From positions 9,975 through 73,974 of the forward strand of contig CBFIJH010000010.1 in assembly GCA_965662895.1 (NCBI GenBank): a stretch of 64,000 nucleotides of DNA, given 5' to 3'. Shown here piece by piece: positions 59,188 through 64,000 of this stretch; within the stretch, counting starts at the first letter, position 1; every line of letters starts with the position of its first letter. Under the pieces are notes generated by a model. That model was not told the origin of the DNA. It did not search any database and saw only the letters and a list, made by a program, of their open reading frames with translations. Made by a program: the position numbers and the translations under genes. This stretch comes from Candidatus Poseidoniaceae archaeon. GTDB taxonomy: Archaea > Thermoplasmatota > Poseidoniia > Poseidoniales > Poseidoniaceae.

Positions 59188-60234
59188 TCACCAGAATTTG
59201 TACCATGGATCGACTTCTTCCGAACCGACAAAAGTAGCCGACACCAACGTGACTTCTTCAATCGGGCGATCACTGCCATCTGTTGGCACCTCTGCGATAT
59301 TTGAGACATGGTCGCAGCCGCTTGTGATTTGGCCGAATACTGTGTGAACTCCATCCAACCAATTCGGAGCGCTTTGTCTTGGAATGAGGAAAAATTGACT
59401 ACCACCGGTGTGTGGGTTTGAGGTTTTGGCCATTGAAATTGTGCACTCTTCATGGAGTAAGCCATTGTCTGCTTCGTCAGGAATGGTGTAAGCAGTTTCA
59501 CCTTGCGTGCATTCAGTCTCGGATGTCATCTTCGTACCGTCACAATAGCCAAACCACTTCGCAGCGTGACCACCAGTACCGTCACCTCGTGTGAAATCAC
59601 CACCTTGAATCATGAAGGGATCAAAGGCAGGAGTGTCTTGATTATCACCGATGACGCGGTGAAACGCTGTGTCATCGTAATCTCCATTCTGGACAAGTAG
59701 CTTGAAGTTCTCAACATGGACTGGAGCAGCGTCAGGATACAGTTCTATGGTGACTTTTCCGCTCTTTGCCGCACCATTTTCACTCCAAGAAACATCGAAC
59801 TCGACAATGTCTGTCGCCGTCGATTCTGTGTTTGCAATCGTAATCAATCCAAGAACAAGGAGGAATCCACCGAAGATTGCAAAAATACCTGCAGGGGTTG
59901 GTCCCCCATTGTTGAACATTCTTGGAATTACAGTTTCACTGATGCGCTTGTCTTGCATTTCATTGAGAAGTTTGTTGTAAAGAGAACCCGTTTTCTTGTC
60001 TTTTGGGTTTTTCTTGCTCGCTTCTCGCAAAAACATTGCAGCTGTTCGATAGTCGGATTTCGAGCCCGTCGATTTTGCGATGTTCCATGTTGCTTCACCG
60101 ACCAACCGAGCGGTCATTGGTTCGATGGCTTGAGGATCGGCTGCCCTCAAGGTTTGAAGGGCGCCCTCGTTCTTTCCTTTCGTGATGTCTTTCGCTGCTT
60201 TTTCCCAAGCCTCGTTCAACGCATCGTCCGCCAT
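59188..60234 (-). CDS. Membrane-anchored cyclophilin-type peptidyl-prolyl isomerase with N-terminal helical domain
   Basis: FHRVI, FMIQGGDF, ISMAK, GSQFF, WLDGVHTVFGQ; TM IFAIFGGFLLVLGLI; start MADDAL. Confidence 0.9.
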   Translation of the reverse strand: MADDALNEAWEKAAKDITKGKNEGALQTLRAADPQAIEPMTARLVGEATWNIAKSTGSKSDYRTAAMFLREASKKNPKDKKTGSLYNKLLNEMQDKRISETVIPRMFNNGGPTPAGIFAIFGGFLLVLGLITIANTESTATDIVEFDVSWSENGAAKSGKVTIELYPDAAPVHVENFKLLVQNGDYDDTAFHRVIGDNQDTPAFDPFMIQGGDFTRGDGTGGHAAKWFGYCDGTKMTSETECTQGETAYTIPDEADNGLLHEECTISMAKTSNPHTGGSQFFLIPRQSAPNWLDGVHTVFGQITSGCDHVSNIAEVPTDGSDRPIEEVTLVSATFVGSEEVDPWYKFW

Positions 60235-60378
60235 GGTCGTCCTGAACCGACTTCTATTTTTGACCTTCACGGATAAGAACAATGAGGTTTTTACTACAAC
60301 ATATTGAAGTGATGAAAGCGATGGGCGTTAACTAAGAGGCCGCGACATGGGTCGCAGTAGCCTCAGGAGACACACGAG

Positions 60379-62166
60379 ATGGAAACCATCGCCAACGACT
60401 TCACCATCAACATCGCAACCGCCAACGGAACTGGCTCTCAATCAGCCAACTTGATTCTCTTACAATCCCTTTTCGATATGGGCGTTCCAGTCTCTGGTAA
60501 GAACCTCTTCCCATCAAACATCTCAGGTCTACCGACGTGGTACATTGTTCGTCTTTCCGATGAAGGGTACCAAGCACCTGGCGACCGAACGCACATTCAG
60601 GTTCTTGTCAATAAGGCAACTTGGGCTGAGGATCTTGCAGCACTCGAACCTGGCTCTGTTGTCGTATGGAACATGGACTCGAAAATGCCAATGGATCGTG
60701 AAGACGTGGTCTCCTATCCGGTCCCAATGACGAAACTTGCTCGTTCACTCAGTCCAAAACTCGCCAAACTCGTGACCAACATTGTCTACGTTGGAGTGCT
60801 TGCTGAACTTCTTGGCATCACAGACGAAGCCTTGCACAAGGCCGTTGCTGGTCAATTCAAAGGAAAAGCATCGGCGATTGAACTCAACACGACTGCGCTT
60901 GGACTTGGACGTGAATATGCACAAGAGAATTTTACCAAGAGCGACCCTTACGTCGTCGAATCACGTGCTATTGAACAAAAGCGGTTTTTCATGGAAGGGA
61001 ACGAAGCCGTCGCACTTGGTTGCATCTTTGGTGGTGTTCAACTTCTTGCATGGTATCCAATCACACCATCATCAAGTCTTGCTGAGGGCATCATTGGTTG
61101 GTTGCCTCGACTGCGAAGCAATGATGAGGGTGAATCGACCTGTGCAGTCATACAAGCAGAAGACGAACTCGCTGCTGCAGGTATGGTCCTTGGTGCAGGC
61201 TGGGCAGGTGGCCGAGGAATGACCGCAACCTCGGGACCAGGTATCTCATTGATGCAGGAATTCATCGGTCTTGCTTACTTTGCTGAGATTCCATCCGTCT
61301 TTTGGGACGTCAACCGTGTCGGACCATCGACGGGGCTCCCTACACGAACGCAACAATCCGATCTTTCGATGCTTTACGAGGGAAGCCATGGTGATACGCA
61401 ACACATTGTTATCATTCCTGGAACGATTGAAGAGTGTTTTGAATTTGGCTGGAGGGCTTTCGATATCGCTGAACGCTATCAAACGCCAGTTTTCGGACTT
61501 TCCGACCTTGATTTGGGTATGAACCGCTGGGCATGCGAAGGTTTCACCTATCCGGACACACCCATGGACCGAGGCAAGACCATTCGAGAACAGGATGTCT
61601 TTGATGCCATGGAGAATTTCGGCCGATACCGTGATCTTGACGGTGATGGCATCCCCTACAGAACGCTACCTGGAAGCGGAATGGCTCCCATTCTCTACCG
61701 TGGAACTGGCCACAACCCAGACGGTGTTTATTCCGAAAAGCCCGACGACTATTTCGCCCTTATGAAGCGACTAAAGGACAAAATCAACGGTGCTCGTGAC
61801 AACCTTCCTGAGCCATTGCTACGCGAGGAAGTTGAAGGCGATGTTGGTGTCATCTACTACGGTAGCATGGAGAACACAATCCAAGAAATCGATGATATTC
61901 TTGAAGCAACTGGCTTGAAGGTCAGTCAATGCCGTGTTCGATCGCTTCCAATCCACAGCGAGGTTGAAGCATTCATTCGCCGCCATCGAATGACCATTGT
62001 CCTGGAAATTAACCGCGATGGCCAACTTTGGGGTATCTTGCGACGCGAACTTCCCAACGACATTGTTGGACAGGTCCATTCCGTGGCGTATTCGGACGGT
62101 ATGCCCCCAAGGGCTCGAATCTACGCTGAAAAAATCCTTGAAACAATTGAGGGGGCGAGCCAATGA
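60379..62166 (+). CDS. korA: 2-oxoacid:ferredoxin oxidoreductase alpha subunit (gamma-alpha fusion)
   Basis: NGTGSQS, GNEAVALG, YPITPSS, QAEDELAA, TATSGPG, GPSTGLPT. Confidence 0.92.
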   Translation: METIANDFTINIATANGTGSQSANLILLQSLFDMGVPVSGKNLFPSNISGLPTWYIVRLSDEGYQAPGDRTHIQVLVNKATWAEDLAALEPGSVVVWNMDSKMPMDREDVVSYPVPMTKLARSLSPKLAKLVTNIVYVGVLAELLGITDEALHKAVAGQFKGKASAIELNTTALGLGREYAQENFTKSDPYVVESRAIEQKRFFMEGNEAVALGCIFGGVQLLAWYPITPSSSLAEGIIGWLPRLRSNDEGESTCAVIQAEDELAAAGMVLGAGWAGGRGMTATSGPGISLMQEFIGLAYFAEIPSVFWDVNRVGPSTGLPTRTQQSDLSMLYEGSHGDTQHIVIIPGTIEECFEFGWRAFDIAERYQTPVFGLSDLDLGMNRWACEGFTYPDTPMDRGKTIREQDVFDAMENFGRYRDLDGDGIPYRTLPGSGMAPILYRGTGHNPDGVYSEKPDDYFALMKRLKDKINGARDNLPEPLLREEVEGDVGVIYYGSMENTIQEIDDILEATGLKVSQCRVRSLPIHSEVEAFIRRHRMTIVLEINRDGQLWGILRRELPNDIVGQVHSVAYSDGMPPRARIYAEKILETIEGASQ

Positions 62167-63212
62167 GCAACAAACCTGCACGAGCCATTAAATTGAACGT
62201 TATCAACGAGCCAAAGGACAGTTACACTGGCGGTCCTTCGTCCCTTTGTCCTGGTTGTGGCCACGACCAAATTTCCAATGTCATTGTGACCGCTGCTTGG
62301 GAGAATGGAATCAAACCTCATCGAATTGCGAAGATGTCGGGCATTGGATGCTCTTCAAAAACACCGGCCTATTATTTGGGCCAATCCCACGGGTTCAACA
62401 CCGTACACGGCCGTATGCCATCGGTGACAACGGGAGCTTATGCGATCAACAAAGACCTCCTCTATCTCGGAGTTTCAGGCGATGGTGATTCCGCTTCGAT
62501 TGGTATCGGACAATTAATCCACGCCATCCGTCGAAACATGGACATGGTCTACATCGTCGAAAATAACGGTGTTTATGGATTGACCAAGGGACAATATTCG
62601 GCAACGGCAGATATAGGTTCCAAGAAGAAAAAAGGAAAAGTCAACGAAACGCAACCCATCGATTTGTGTGCACTTGCCATCAATCTTGGTTGCACCTTTG
62701 TTGCTCGTTCCTTCTCCGGTTCGAAGAAACAACTGACATCGCTCTTGAAGGCTGCAATGTCGCACAAAGGATTTGCATTAATCGACGTCATCTCACCGTG
62801 TGTTACGTTCAACAACAACGACGAATCCATGCGCTCCTACCAATACGTCAAAGAGAACGAAATTACCCTCCACATGGCGGATTACATCCCACACTTCGAG
62901 CCAATGGCTGAAGTTGAGGTTCCCGAAGGCCACTTCACGGATATTACCTTGCATGATGGATCAACGATTCGTCTTGAAACGATTTCATCGGATCATGACC
63001 CAAGCGATTCAATGGCCGCTCTGACCGCTCTCCATCAAGCAGAAGTTGACAAAAAGCACGTGACTGGGCTTCTCTACTTTGATGCAACCAAGCCTTCCCT
63101 CGCCGAAGACCTTGGGCTCGTTGAAACACCGCTTCTCGATGTTGGTGATGATGAACTCCGACCATCAAAAGCGATGCTTGAAACCATTAACGCAGAATTC
63201 TTGAATCAATGA
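62163..63212 (+). CDS. korB: 2-oxoacid:ferredoxin oxidoreductase beta subunit
   Basis: CPGCGH, SGIGCSSK, HGR, GDGD, NNGVYGLTKGQ, SPCVTFN; ATGA overlap. Confidence 0.93.
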   Translation: MSNKPARAIKLNVINEPKDSYTGGPSSLCPGCGHDQISNVIVTAAWENGIKPHRIAKMSGIGCSSKTPAYYLGQSHGFNTVHGRMPSVTTGAYAINKDLLYLGVSGDGDSASIGIGQLIHAIRRNMDMVYIVENNGVYGLTKGQYSATADIGSKKKKGKVNETQPIDLCALAINLGCTFVARSFSGSKKQLTSLLKAAMSHKGFALIDVISPCVTFNNNDESMRSYQYVKENEITLHMADYIPHFEPMAEVEVPEGHFTDITLHDGSTIRLETISSDHDPSDSMAALTALHQAEVDKKHVTGLLYFDATKPSLAEDLGLVETPLLDVGDDELRPSKAMLETINAEFLNQ

Positions 63213-63254
63213 TGCAACGAATCTCCTAAAAGGGAGCAGGAAGAAGTGAGGATT

Positions 63255-64000
63255 GTGGACGAGAATATCCTCTTAGGAATTATCATCGCAGGTGGCTCAG
63301 CACTCTTTTTCTTGATTCTGTATCTCGTTAACCGATTTCGAAAACGACGAGAATTGAAACAACAACTTGCCCTTCAAAATGCGAGTCGTGCTCCGTTGTC
63401 GAGCATGCGGTCTCAACGAAACGATCGTCGAAATGCCCGTCGGCATGTCGTTTCTCGCGGTTTGCAACTGGACCAACTCAGCGATACAGCGAAACAAGCC
63501 TATGCGCAACGACAACAGCGTCGTGTGTCCCAGTACACAGATTTGCAGTTGGTAATGGATGAACTGTTCATTCCAGAACGAGACGCTGTCGAAACAGAAG
63601 ATGAGGAAGAAGAGTCGGTCGAAGATCGATCGACTTGGATTGCCGAGAACGAAGACAATCTCAACACGCATGCAGACCTTGTCGCTCAAGAAGAAGTAGG
63701 AACTGGAATTTCTGTACGCCTTACGGATGAGGAAGACCGCGAATTAATGGACCGACTCGCTCGTGAAGGAGGGAAATCCGGTGTTGTTCAGATCAGCCTT
63801 GCGTGGGACGATTACAACGATTTGGATATGCACGTCTTTTGTCCATCAGGCGAACGCATTTATTTCAACAACCGAAAAAGTGCTTGTGGAGGCGAATTGG
63901 ATGTTGACATGAACGTCCGCCCGAAGTCAAAGAAGCCGATTGAAAACGTTGTTTGGACCGATCATGCCCCGGATGGAGAATACAAGATAGGAGTCCATTT
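63255..64000 (+). CDS. Membrane-anchored protein with YfaP/DUF2135-like domain, partial (runs off the window end)
   Basis: Translated by hand from GTG 63255: TM LLGIIIAGGSALFFLILYLV, then VQISLAWDDYNDLDMHVFCPSGERIYF...GGELDVDMN...ENVVW...PDGEYKIGVH. Confidence 0.75.
   Translation, partial: MDENILLGIIIAGGSALFFLILYLVNRFRKRRELKQQLALQNASRAPLSSMRSQRNDRRNARRHVVSRGLQLDQLSDTAKQAYAQRQQRRVSQYTDLQLVMDELFIPERDAVETEDEEEESVEDRSTWIAENEDNLNTHADLVAQEEVGTGISVRLTDEEDRELMDRLAREGGKSGVVQISLAWDDYNDLDMHVFCPSGERIYFNNRKSACGGELDVDMNVRPKSKKPIENVVWTDHAPDGEYKIGVH

Noticed and set aside
1-64000. tRNA, rRNA, integrase/transposase or defence genes
   Set aside because: None recognised by eye, and intergenic spaces are mostly under 130 bp. 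Small C/D or H/ACA guide RNAs cannot be excluded without a covariance-model search.

Overview
A gene-dense (~50% GC) archaeal chromosomal segment, most likely Marine Group II Euryarchaeota (Ca. Poseidoniales). This is inferred from archaeal-type RibL, RibB, Gar1 and EndoIV, GGTGA Shine-Dalgarno sites and TATA promoters, alongside bacterial-type metK, gpsA, orn and riboflavin synthase and large acidic secreted proteins. About 48 CDS were called; no rRNA, tRNA, CRISPR or mobile element was seen. Content: a DUF4350-MoxR-DUF58 operon; an hcrCAB-like molybdoenzyme with XdhC, MocA and MoeB nearby; two S8 peptidases; a fused E1 alpha/beta 2-oxoacid dehydrogenase; a riboflavin/FAD operon; SAM-cycle genes; a 2221-aa FG-GAP surface protein; acnA; and korAB. 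Top finding: the 'PhnD-like' lipoprotein (38250-39398, minus) reads as a single-lobe transferrin homologue. It keeps all four Fe(III) ligands (D, Y, Y, H), the carbonate-binding CHTGxx(K/R)SAG motif and the conserved disulfide. It is co-transcribed with PhnC/PhnE-family ABC subunits, and its TATA box is flanked by two DtxR-family-like TTAGG-N4-CCTAA operators, suggesting an iron-regulated archaeal transferrin-type Fe(III) importer. Second: an archaeal Gar1-like domain fused to two FUS/TAF15-like RanBP2 zinc fingers and an RGG-repeat tail. Third: a 4-hydroxybenzoyl-CoA-reductase-like hcrCAB cluster in a presumably aerobic marine archaeon. All homology calls are by-eye motif recognition; no searches were run.
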